From: an uncultured Lentisphaerales bacterium
Lineage (GTDB): Bacteria > Verrucomicrobiota > Kiritimatiellia > RFP12 > JAAYNR01
Direction: 5' to 3'
Assembly (NCBI GenBank): GCA_964451945.1
Contig: CAYVKQ010000004.1
Coordinates: 1 to 24,400 of the forward strand
DNA length: 24,400 nucleotides
Shown here: positions 7,042 to 16,900 of the stretch, in pieces
Position numbering within the stretch: position 1 is the first letter of the stretch
Layout: every line of letters begins with the position of its first letter
The notes under the pieces: generated by a model
Database searches by the model: none
What the model was told of the DNA's origin: nothing
Seen by the model: the letters and a program-made list of their open reading frames with translations, nothing else
Program-made: the position numbers and the translations under genes

Positions 7042-8757
7042 ATGTGGCGGTTTTCCCGTCGCGGCGTTTGCCGGGCAGGGTGTTTGATCGGCCTTCTTCT
7101 TGTGTTTCCGGCGGTGGCGCAGCGGTACGACGAGGTGGTGATCACGGCCGCAGACTACAAAAACCTCGACACGTTCGAGACGGCGGCGCTGGCCAAGGCC
7201 GACAAGGTTTTCGCGGCCAAGGACTACCGGGCCGCCACGGCCGAATACGACCTCTTCCTGGTCGAGAACGGCCGCTCCTCGGCGGCCGCCTACGCCTTGC
7301 TGCGCAAAGGGCGGAGCCAGATGCTCGACAACAAGCGCTACGAGGCGGTGCGGACGTTCAAGGAGGTGATCGACTATTTTCCCGACGCCGTGCTGTACGC
7401 CGCCGCCGCGCTCTACTACCAGGGCCAGTGCCACTTCGAGAATGGCGAGCAGGCCAATGCGGTGAAGGTGTGGCAGAAGATGGTCGCCGATGCCGAATAC
7501 GCCAAGCACGCTCTTGCCGCGCCGGCGCTGCTGGCGCTGGCGAACGAGCTGGCGCGGCAGCAGAAGACCGCGGAGGCGGCTTCCTACTACGAGCAAGCGG
7601 CGGTCGAGTTCCGCACCAAGAACCCCGACGTGGCGCGCCAGGCGATCGGCAAGGCCTGCGAGATCCACATCCGGCTGCTGCCCAGCGAGAAGAAGATGAA
7701 GGATTTCTACCTGCGCGCCCGGACGACGCGCCACCATCCCGACAACGCGCCCGACGAAAACAAATACTGGGCCGACGTCCGCGCGATGATCCACCGCTTT
7801 GCCGCCGGGTTCGCCGCCGAGGAGAAGTCGCGGCGGGCCGCCTATTTCAAATACTGGGCCGACGCGATGGAGGGGAAGCGGCTCACCGACAACGCCTTCC
7901 GCATCGACTGGGCCTACTTCCGCCTGCAGCACGAGGACGATGCCGACGCCTGGGTCGGGCGGCTCGACAAACAGTTCGCCGACACCTTCAAACCGGGGGA
8001 CTACGCCCAGGTGGTGCAGTTCATCCAGGCCTTCGGCAAGCAGAAGGAGAAAGTCGGACAGTACTACGCCAAGCTCGACTTCGCCAAGATGGAGAACGCG
8101 CTGATCGACCGCCTGGTCCGCGCCCTGGTCGAATCCAACGAAGAGATGGCGATGGCGCGCAACGCCTGCGACAAGATCAACCACGAGCGGTGGAACGACG
8201 ACGACCGCAACCGTTTCATCGACTGGGTGCAGTACCGCGACCGCGAGATGGTCGAGATGGTCTGCCGGCGGATGAAGGATCCCGACTATGGCAAGTACCG
8301 CCTGCTGCGCTATTACCATTGGCAGCGGATCGCCGACAAGGGGCTGCCCCTCGCCGACGAGGTCGCGACCGTGCCCAAGTACGCGGGGGAAGCCTACTAC
8401 ATGAAGGGCGAGCTACTGGAGCACAGCCAACGCTGGGCCGACGCCATCCAGGCCTACAAAGCCTCCAACCGCGAGCCCGACAGCCTGTTCCGCATCGCCG
8501 AGTGCATGCGCCGCCTGAAGCAGACGACGCAGGCGATCGCGCAGCTGCGCGAGATCGAGAATTTCTTTGAGCCTCAGGCGCCCGAGGCGGCGCTGCGCAT
8601 CGCGTGGATCTACCGCGACGGCAAAGAGGAGAAGCAGTTCATCGCCGCCTTGCGCGGCATTCTGAAGAAATACCCGCGCAGCGGGCAATCGAGTACGGCG
8701 CACTTGGAGTTGGAGCGCCTGGGTGTCAAAATGGGTGGAGGAGTCGATGCAGACTAA
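7042..8757 (+). CDS. Secreted tetratricopeptide-repeat protein (BamD/CpoB-like TPRs)
   Basis: The ORF opens at 6871. ATG 7042 follows AGGG and gives a signal peptide (MWRFSRRGVCRAGCLIGLLLVFPAVA-Q). N- and C-terminal TPR pairs are visible (AAYALLRKGRSQ...YFPDAVLYAAAALYYQGQCH; EAYYMKGE...DSLFRIAEC...KYPRSGQS). Confidence 0.85.
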   Translation: MWRFSRRGVCRAGCLIGLLLVFPAVAQRYDEVVITAADYKNLDTFETAALAKADKVFAAKDYRAATAEYDLFLVENGRSSAAAYALLRKGRSQMLDNKRYEAVRTFKEVIDYFPDAVLYAAAALYYQGQCHFENGEQANAVKVWQKMVADAEYAKHALAAPALLALANELARQQKTAEAASYYEQAAVEFRTKNPDVARQAIGKACEIHIRLLPSEKKMKDFYLRARTTRHHPDNAPDENKYWADVRAMIHRFAAGFAAEEKSRRAAYFKYWADAMEGKRLTDNAFRIDWAYFRLQHEDDADAWVGRLDKQFADTFKPGDYAQVVQFIQAFGKQKEKVGQYYAKLDFAKMENALIDRLVRALVESNEEMAMARNACDKINHERWNDDDRNRFIDWVQYRDREMVEMVCRRMKDPDYGKYRLLRYYHWQRIADKGLPLADEVATVPKYAGEAYYMKGELLEHSQRWADAIQAYKASNREPDSLFRIAECMRRLKQTTQAIAQLREIENFFEPQAPEAALRIAWIYRDGKEEKQFIAALRGILKKYPRSGQSSTAHLELERLGVKMGGGVDAD

Positions 8758-10957
8758 ACAGAGCATGCGGGTTTGGGGGCGCCTTCTCACGGCAGCGGTG
8801 TGCGTCGCCGCAAGCGTGGCCGCGGCCCAGGGGGACGCCAAGGGACGGGCGACGGCTTCGGCGGCGGGCGACCTGGAGGCGCGCCGGCTGCTGGACCGCG
8901 CGCAGGAGCTGCTGCAATCGGGCGAGCGCGAGCGCGGCGTCAAGATGATCGAGACGGTCCTGGAGCAGTACCCATCGAGCCGCATGATCTACCCCGCCTG
9001 CCTGGCGCTGGGCAAGCACTTCATCGAGGCGAACCAGCAGGTTCTGGCCATCAGCCACCTCAACCGCCTCAAGGTGCTCGAACCGGCCGACGGTCTGGCG
9101 CAGGGCGGGGACCGCGAGCTGTTCCTGGAGGCGATGTACCTCATCGGTGTCGCCTACTTCCAGACGCGGCAGTACAACATGGCCTTCCCCGTGCTCCGCC
9201 ACATCACCTCCAAATATCCCAATTCGGTCTGGGCCAACCAGGCCCACTACTACATCGGGATGTGCCATTTCTCCCAGCAGAACTGGAACAAGGCGATCGA
9301 GGCCCTCAGCCTGGTGGGGACGTTTGTCGACCCCGACAGCCCGACCACCGCCTATGCCGAGGCGGGGCGGCGCTTCTACGTCAAGGTCGAAGACCCCGAT
9401 TTCCCGGTGCTGCTGGCGCTCGGCAAGAAGGTCATGGTGACGCTGACGACCGGCCGCGGCGACAAGGAGGAGATCGAGTGCATCCCTCTCACGGCCGACG
9501 CGACGGTGGTCATCGGCTCGATTCCCACGGCGATCGGCGCGGCCAGGCCCGGCGACCGCATCCTCCAGGTGATCGGCGGCGAGGAGGTGACCACGTCCTA
9601 TGTCGACGAGAGCACCGAGGCGGGCGAGACAAACGTAGGCCGCGCCTCCAAGGTGCGGGTGGTCTCGACCGGCCTGCTCGACTTCATGCTGGGCGATTTC
9701 GACGCCCGCGCGGCGGCGGCCTTCCTCGGCCAGCCGCTCTTCATCCAGTTGCTCGACGTCGATCTGGACGCCAGCGACCAGGCCGAGACGCGCAGAATGA
9801 CCGTCCTGTCGCGCTACAAGTACCGCTCCGAGGACGACGACCAGTCGGCCTTCACCGACGAAGGCGCGCTGCGCTACGAGACGCGCGACCGCGTGGAGGT
9901 CGTCCTGACCGAGCAGGGCGCGGCCCCCATCCGCAGCGGCCGCTTCACCGGCAAGGTGGCCGTCGAACTCGCCCAGGAGAACCAGCCGATCGACCAGGCC
10001 GACAGCGTGCTCGCCTGCCTCGTGGGCGACGAGATCGTGATCTCCTACACCGACGAGCTGCACATCGGCGGCGAGACGCCGCGCGTGGTCGAAGCCGCGA
10101 TTCCGGTCGTCGGCGAGGTCGACAACCGGCCGCGCGCCACCCAGGACGTCGTCTTCGATCCCGTGCTGCGGGCGCGCAAGAACCTGGTCGAGGCGACCGC
10201 CTATCTCGAATTGGCCCGCATTTTCCACAGCATGGGGCTGATGAAGGGGACAAAGGAGAAGACCGTCGAGGGCCTGTCCCGCGTCGAAGCGGTGATCCGG
10301 GCGCGCAACCAGGACGTCTCGGCCGACATCAAGCAGGAGGCGTTCAAGCTCAAATGGGAGCTGCACATCGAGGCCGAGGAGCTGAACGCGGCGCTCTCCA
10401 CCTGCAGCCTCTTCAGCCAGCTCTACCCGCAATCGCCGCTGGTCGACCAGGCGCTGATGGGGATCGGCAGCATCCGCATCGAAAGCCGCGACTACGACGA
10501 AGCCATCCGCATTTTCCGCCAGATCACCACCCTCAAGCATTCGGAGGCCAAGGCCGAGGCGCAGTTCCGCATCGCCCAGACGATCGAGCTGCAGGATGAG
10601 GCATCCACCAAGAAGGGGCAGCTGCTGAGCCGGGCGATCCAGGAGTACAAGACCTGCGCCGAGCGCTATCCCGAGAGTCCCTATGCGGGCGAATCGCTGG
10701 CCAAGCTGATCGACTACAACATTTCCAAGGGCGATTTCTCGCAGGCCAATTCCCTTTTGGAGCAGACGTTCCAGGACTACCCGGACGCCTCGTTCCTCGA
10801 CAGCATGCTGATGAAATGGGTTCTGGTCGCCTACCAGTCGGGCGATTTCGCCAAGGCCAAGGAGAAGTGCAACAAGCTGCTCTTCGAATACCCGGAAAGC
10901 CGCCACGCCGAGACCGCCCGCCAGGTTCTGCCGCGGATCGAGGCGCGCCTGCAATAA
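8747..10957 (+). CDS. Secreted TPR protein with two central beta-rich repeat modules
   Basis: Strong SD GGAGGAG (8737-8743) before ATG 8747, an 11-nt overlap with the upstream gene, a signal peptide ending VAAAQ, many YP(x)S TPR turns, and a beta-rich middle at 9365-10056. Confidence 0.88.
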   Translation: MQTKQSMRVWGRLLTAAVCVAASVAAAQGDAKGRATASAAGDLEARRLLDRAQELLQSGERERGVKMIETVLEQYPSSRMIYPACLALGKHFIEANQQVLAISHLNRLKVLEPADGLAQGGDRELFLEAMYLIGVAYFQTRQYNMAFPVLRHITSKYPNSVWANQAHYYIGMCHFSQQNWNKAIEALSLVGTFVDPDSPTTAYAEAGRRFYVKVEDPDFPVLLALGKKVMVTLTTGRGDKEEIECIPLTADATVVIGSIPTAIGAARPGDRILQVIGGEEVTTSYVDESTEAGETNVGRASKVRVVSTGLLDFMLGDFDARAAAAFLGQPLFIQLLDVDLDASDQAETRRMTVLSRYKYRSEDDDQSAFTDEGALRYETRDRVEVVLTEQGAAPIRSGRFTGKVAVELAQENQPIDQADSVLACLVGDEIVISYTDELHIGGETPRVVEAAIPVVGEVDNRPRATQDVVFDPVLRARKNLVEATAYLELARIFHSMGLMKGTKEKTVEGLSRVEAVIRARNQDVSADIKQEAFKLKWELHIEAEELNAALSTCSLFSQLYPQSPLVDQALMGIGSIRIESRDYDEAIRIFRQITTLKHSEAKAEAQFRIAQTIELQDEASTKKGQLLSRAIQEYKTCAERYPESPYAGESLAKLIDYNISKGDFSQANSLLEQTFQDYPDASFLDSMLMKWVLVAYQSGDFAKAKEKCNKLLFEYPESRHAETARQVLPRIEARLQ

Positions 10958-10990
10958 CCTCTCGATATGTCCACCCAGGAGAAACCACGC

Positions 10991-13900
10991 ATGAAACACA
11001 TCCTCCTCGCCGCCTGCATCCTCGGTTCCGTCTGGACCGCTTCCGCCCAGGCGCCCGCCGCGCCCGCCGCACCCGCCGCCGCGGAAGACCCGCGCCTGAC
11101 CGCCTTCAACGAACTGCTGACGCGGGCGCAGCGGTCCACCGACGGCCTTTCGGTCGAAGAGATGACCAGGCTGCTCAACGAGGGGCGCGACCTCGGCCGG
11201 CCGCACCCCGTTTCGGGCATCGCACGCAGCTTCCTCTCGCGCCACCCGAATCCGGCGCCGACGGTTCTGCGCCTGGCGGCGCAGAACGCCATGCTCACCG
11301 GCGACTACCGCCTGGCCGCCTCGCGCTACCGGCAGTACTTCCGCAACGTGCCGGTCTCCGCCGAATCCTCCCAGGCCGCCGCCGAGCTGTTCTGCCTGCT
11401 GACCGACTATACCAAGCAGGTCGACGACGCCTTCGCGGCCAATGCCGACTACGGAGACAAGTACCGGCAGGCGCCGCAGGCCAGGCAGTATGACAGCTGG
11501 TTCCTCGAGCGGTGCTGGGACCGCCGCGCCACCGGCGCGATGGCCAAGCGCCTCGCCTCCATCTTTGCCGAAAAGCTCCCGCTCGAGCAGGAGCGCTACG
11601 CCTACTGGCACCATCTGGACCGGCTCATCGAGCGCCTCGGTTCGGTCATCCCCGAAAACACGGACGCCATCCTGCCGGGGCGGTCCATCATCCCGCTGAT
11701 CCGCGAAGACGCCGTCCGCGCGGCCCGGCTCGGCTTCTTCATCGACAACCTCGCCTTCCACGCGGCCCGCGCCGGCAAGGAGGCGGCTGCCCTCGCGCGC
11801 GAGTTCGAGCCGGTGCTCGCCTCGGCCAAAGCCTATCTCGACCAGGCGCCGACCGAGGCATCCCTGCGCCAGATCATGGCGGCCTTCGGCGGCGGTCCCG
11901 ACCGTCCCGACGAGTCGGTGTGGAACACGATGGCCGACAAGAAGCGCGACTTCTTCTTCTCCTACGCCTTCGGCAAGCTCCCCGAAGCGGAGCAGGTCCG
12001 CTTCCTGAACTGGGATTGGTGGGCGATGCCCGCCCGCCTGGCCACCCCCGAGCAGTGGATCACCCTGGGCGGCAAGCATCCGCAGGCGTTCACCAAGGCG
12101 GCGGGGATCTACCGGCTGCCGTGGGTCACGCAGACGACCAACGCGCCGCTCTACAAGGCGCAGGCCGCGTTTCTGGCCGGCGCCACCTTCGACGCCGCCG
12201 CCGTCATCACCGCCCTTGCGGCGGCCGGCGACGTGAACGGCTCGGTGCAGCACCTGCTGACCCAGTCGGCCTGGAGCATGCCGTTCGCCGACCGCGGCCG
12301 CGGCAACGCCGAGACGTTCCCGGACCTGGTCGTCAACCAGATCATCCCGGCGCGCGCCAATCTGCGCGGGTTGAGCGGCGGGGAGCGCGACGCATTCGTC
12401 TACGATGCGCAACTGGCGTTCATGGACGGTCCGTTCTGCAGCAGCGTGGCCACGCCCTTCTCGCCCAAGTCGGTCAGTTTCCTGCTCCGCAGCGTCTGGG
12501 GCTACTGCAGTCAGGACGCCGCCCGGCGCGACCGCTACGTCGCCCTCCTCGGCAAGCTGGCGTGGGTGCCGTTCGTCGGCGAGAAACGCGAAAAAGTGTT
12601 CGAGCCGGCGCTTACCGAGTTCCGCCGCTGGGCGCAGGAGACGCGCCGCCAGTTCGACGGACTGGCCGGCAAAACCGACGAGGCGTCGGTCAAAGCGCGC
12701 AAGGACCTGGAGGCGGTCGTCGCGCAGATCGCCAAGATCGAGGAGGCGTTCAAGCAGGCGGTCGAGACCGATCCCGACCCGGCCAAGGCGCCCAACCCGC
12801 AGTGCCGCGACCTCGCGGCCGCCATCAAGGCGCAGGAAGCGGGCGACGCCGCCGCCACCGCCACCGCCGCCAAGGCGCTCTACGCGCCGATCCGCGAGTA
12901 CCAGAAGAACAAGACGCCGTTCGGCGAGGCGCTGCTCGGCTTCCTGATGACCCCGCGCGACGCCAAGCTCGCCTGCGAAGAGGCGCAGGTCGCCACGCTC
13001 GCCGACCAGATCGGGCTGCGGCTGGGCACGCCCGCCTCCGTGCGCGGCGCCCGCGAATGCGTGCGCCAGTTCTCCGCCCGCGCCGGCTGGCGGTTCGACT
13101 GGACCCTGCGCCCCAGCAAGGAGGACGACGCCCTGCGCGATCAGATCGCCGACGTGCTGGCCAAGGCGATCGAGGCCCGCACCGCCAAGGACCAGTGGGA
13201 CGGCGAGCTGTTCACCTGGTACCGCGGCGTGGTCAAACAGGAGAGCGAGCAGGCGCAGGCGCTGGTCAGCGCGCTCATCGAGCGCGACATCTTCACCAAA
13301 CAGAACGTCAGCCTGTGGCACCCCGGGCCGACCTGCAGCGCCATGGCCCTCATCCGCAACGAATTTCCGTCGCTGCGCGAGAAGTACCCGGTCGAAACCT
13401 GGTTCGACGACCGCATGGTGGACGAGATCAGGCGCACCGGCAAGGTCGACGACGCCTATTGGAACTACGGCCACGACCGTCTGAAAAAGGTGGCCAATGC
13501 CCTGGCGGAGCGCTTCACCGCCGACATTTCCTACACCTTCGTCGGCACGCCGGCGGCGCCCGCCGTCTACTCGCGCGACCAGTTCAACGCCCTCTCGTGG
13601 CGCGTGCTCAACGCCGACGCCCCGCTCGTCGGCGCCTACCTGGACAAGATCCAGGCGGCCTACGGTAAAACCCGCTTCGACCGCCCCGCCTCCGGCGCGG
13701 TCGCGATCACCCAGATGTCGGCCGACACCCCCGAGGGCCGCAAGGCCTTCTTCGACCGGGTGCGCGACTACACGGCGCGCGCCAAGGCGATGCCCTACGC
13801 CATCGGCCTGCCGACGCTGCCGCAGCTCAACAACCTGTCGATCGACGGCACCACCCCGCTCACCGACGCGGAACTCGCCGCGCTGGCCGAGTGCTTCCGC

Positions 13901-16900
13901 TACTGCCGCTGGACCGGGTGGAACGGCACCGAGGAGCGCCTGATGACCCTGATCCACAGCGGCTTCGCCGCGCGCGGCCGTTTCGGCGAGCTGCTGCCGC
14001 TGATCCCGGAAATGTGGCGCGTCGCCTACGAGCAGAACCGCCGCGAGACGATGCTGCTGCTCTCCGACTTCACCTCCAAGCTCATGGAGAGCGGCGCGGC
14101 GATTGCCGCCGCCACCTACAGCGTCACCGGTCTCGAGGTGGCGGGCGACCGGCTCCCCGAAGACATCCGCAACTCCCTGACCGCCCTGCGGACGAAGTCC
14201 CAGGCCGAAGCGGGCGGCGGCCTGCTGGTCGAGCGTTCCGACCGCCGCTACCCGATCCTCGCCGCGCAGGCGCTCTTCCACGCCGGCCGACTCGACAGCG
14301 CCTGGGAACACTACCTGCAGGCGCCGCAGCTCGCCCTCTCCGAGTACAAGGACCTCGACCTCGGCTTCACCATCTGGCTGGTCGAGCGCCGCACGACGAT
14401 GGGGCAGTTCGACCAGGCCGACGAACTGGCCCGCACGCTCATCCAGTGGATCGACGCCGCCCCGCAGGGCTTCGACCCCGAAACCCGGACGCAGATGCTG
14501 ATCGCCTACGCCGACATCGCCTTCGCCCGCCAGGAATACCCGCGCGCCCGCGCCCAGTACGAGCGCGTTGCCGTGGCGCGCGAATTCGCCGGCACCTTCG
14601 GCGCCAAGCGCGCCGAGTTGAAGATCGCCGAGGTCGACCGCCTGACGCGCCACTACGACGCCGCCTACGAACGGCTCGACAAGCTCGACCGCCAGCGCGA
14701 CACCGCCATCCAGGCCGAGGCGCGCTACCAGATGGCGCTGCTGAAATTCGACCAGGAGGACTACGCCGGCGCCCGCGACGCGATCAACCGCGTCTTCGCC
14801 ATCGCCCCCAGCCATCCGCAGGCGGGACTGCTGGAGGGCGAGCTGAACGTCCGCACCAAGAAACTGGTCGAGGCGACCGAGCTGAAGATCGGCCTCTCCG
14901 CCGACCAGCAGACGCTCATCCCCGGCCGCCCCCTGCGGGTCGGCCTCGAGGACCGCACCCTCGCCGTCGTGGGCAAGACGACCGACATCGAGATCCGCGT
15001 CTGGACCGACTCGGGCGACGAGGAGGTCTTCATGCTCCTGCCGTTCGGCGACTCCAAGACCAAGTTCCGCGGCGAAATCGCCACGGCGCTCGCCCCCACC
15101 AAGAAGGGCGACCGGCTGCTGCAGGTCCTCGGCCGCGACAAGGTCCACTACGGGTTCTCCGAGCGTTTCCGCAAGGCCGCCGGCATCGGCGCCGTCGAGA
15201 CCGTCACCGTCGAGGTCATCACCGATCCCGAGCTCTACGCCTCCTCGGGACGCATCCTTTCGCGCGAGGAGCTGGAGGAGAAGGCGCTCGAGCAAATGAT
15301 CCGCCAGCGCGAGCGGATCGAAGAGGAGCGCAACGCGCCGCTCAGCACCGTCCGCGCCGCCAACGAGGTCAAGCCCGGCAACCCCATCTACGTCCGCGTC
15401 GTCGATCCCGACCGCAGCGGAACGCCGCAGAAGGACAAGGTGGTCATCCGCGCCTCCAGCAGCAGCGGCGACGCCGTGCAACGGTTTGAAATCGAGGAGA
15501 CGGAAACCCATTCCGGCGTTTTCGAGGGGCGCCTGCCCACCGCGTCGGCCTCCGCCACCGCCTTCGCATCCGACACCGAGGAGGGGCGTCAGGCCAACTA
15601 CGTCATCGCCGCCGACCCGAACCTGCCGCCGTGGGTGGCGCTGGGGGACAAGAACCGCAACAAGCTCTTCACCGTCGACCTCAACAACAACCTCACCCTC
15701 GGCTCGCTCTCGCTGCTGGCCGACGTCACCGGCCGCGCGATCAAACGGTTCGCGGTGCAGACCTCGATGAACGGCAGCGACTACACCACTGTGGCGACAT
15801 GGCCCGCCGACATGCCGGCGTGGGACGCGGCGCTGCGCATCCGCATGGTTCGCTACGGCGGGCGCAACGCGGCGCCGGCGAACCTGAAGATGTTCAAGGA
15901 GTATTTCGCCTACGGACATGTCGTCCAGGATGCGCCGATGGTGGTCGCCGAAGGCAAAACCTCCGCCGATCTGCGCCAGACGATCCGCACCGCGGAGAAA
16001 GAGCTGCAGATGGGTCGGACCGCCTGGGTGCTGGCCCATGTACAGGGGACCTTCTACGTGCCCGAACGCCGCAAGCGGACGTTCCGCCTCGATCCCAAGA
16101 ACCGGCTGCAGAATGTGAAATACATCCTGGCCATCGACGGCGCCGAAGGCCCCTCGCCGCTCGAGCACCCCGTTTCGCTCGCCAAGGGCTACCACACGCT
16201 CGACCTCTACGCGGCCGTCCACCTGAACACGCAGGCGGCGTACGAGCTGCTGTGGGACATCGCGGAGGATCCCTACATGGCCCGCGTCCCCGAAACCGCC
16301 TTCACCGCGGCCGAGTGGGACAAGGAGACGCCCCCCGCCGGATTCACGCCCGCCAAACTGACCCCGAACGAGGCCGGCACGAAATTCGCGATCGCCTTCG
16401 CCTCCAACACCACCGCGCGCCTGGTCCGCTTCGGCATCTGTGATTTCGAATCGGACGCGCCCGCCATCCGCAAGATCGGCCTCACCGGCGCAGACGGCAA
16501 GGTCCTCCTGCCGGCGGCCGAGGATGTGCTCGCCCTGCGCAACAACCAGATCCTCGAGATCGTCCCAGGCGACCGCGTCACGATCGCCTACGAAGACCCC
16601 TCCGTGATCACCCGCGAGCGCCAGAACACCGAAACCTTCCTGAGCGCGACCTTCTACAACGCCGAGGTCGGCGCCTACTTCGTCGAAACGGTGGTCGACC
16701 CCTACGACAACGTGCGCCGTCCGCTCTTCGTGCCGATGCGGCGCTACCAGGCGGGTGAACCGGTGACCGTGTTTGTCCAGGACCCCGACGCCGACGAGAC
16801 CGAGGAGAACGACAGTGTCGTCTTCCATGTGCGGACGACCGCCGGCAAGCAGATCGAGGTGAAGGCGGTGGAAACCGACAAGCACGCCGGCATGTTCGCC

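Noticed and set aside
7042-7120. Twin-arginine (Tat) motif SRRGVC in the first TPR protein
   Set aside because: It lacks the F-L-K consensus after RR, so Sec export is equally plausible. SignalP 6 would decide.
10955-10991. The 736-aa gene and the giant gene are in the same frame, separated by a single TAA (possible readthrough or split gene)
   Set aside because: The downstream gene has its own SD and a clear signal peptide, and TAA is a poor readthrough codon. A fused homologue elsewhere would reopen the question.
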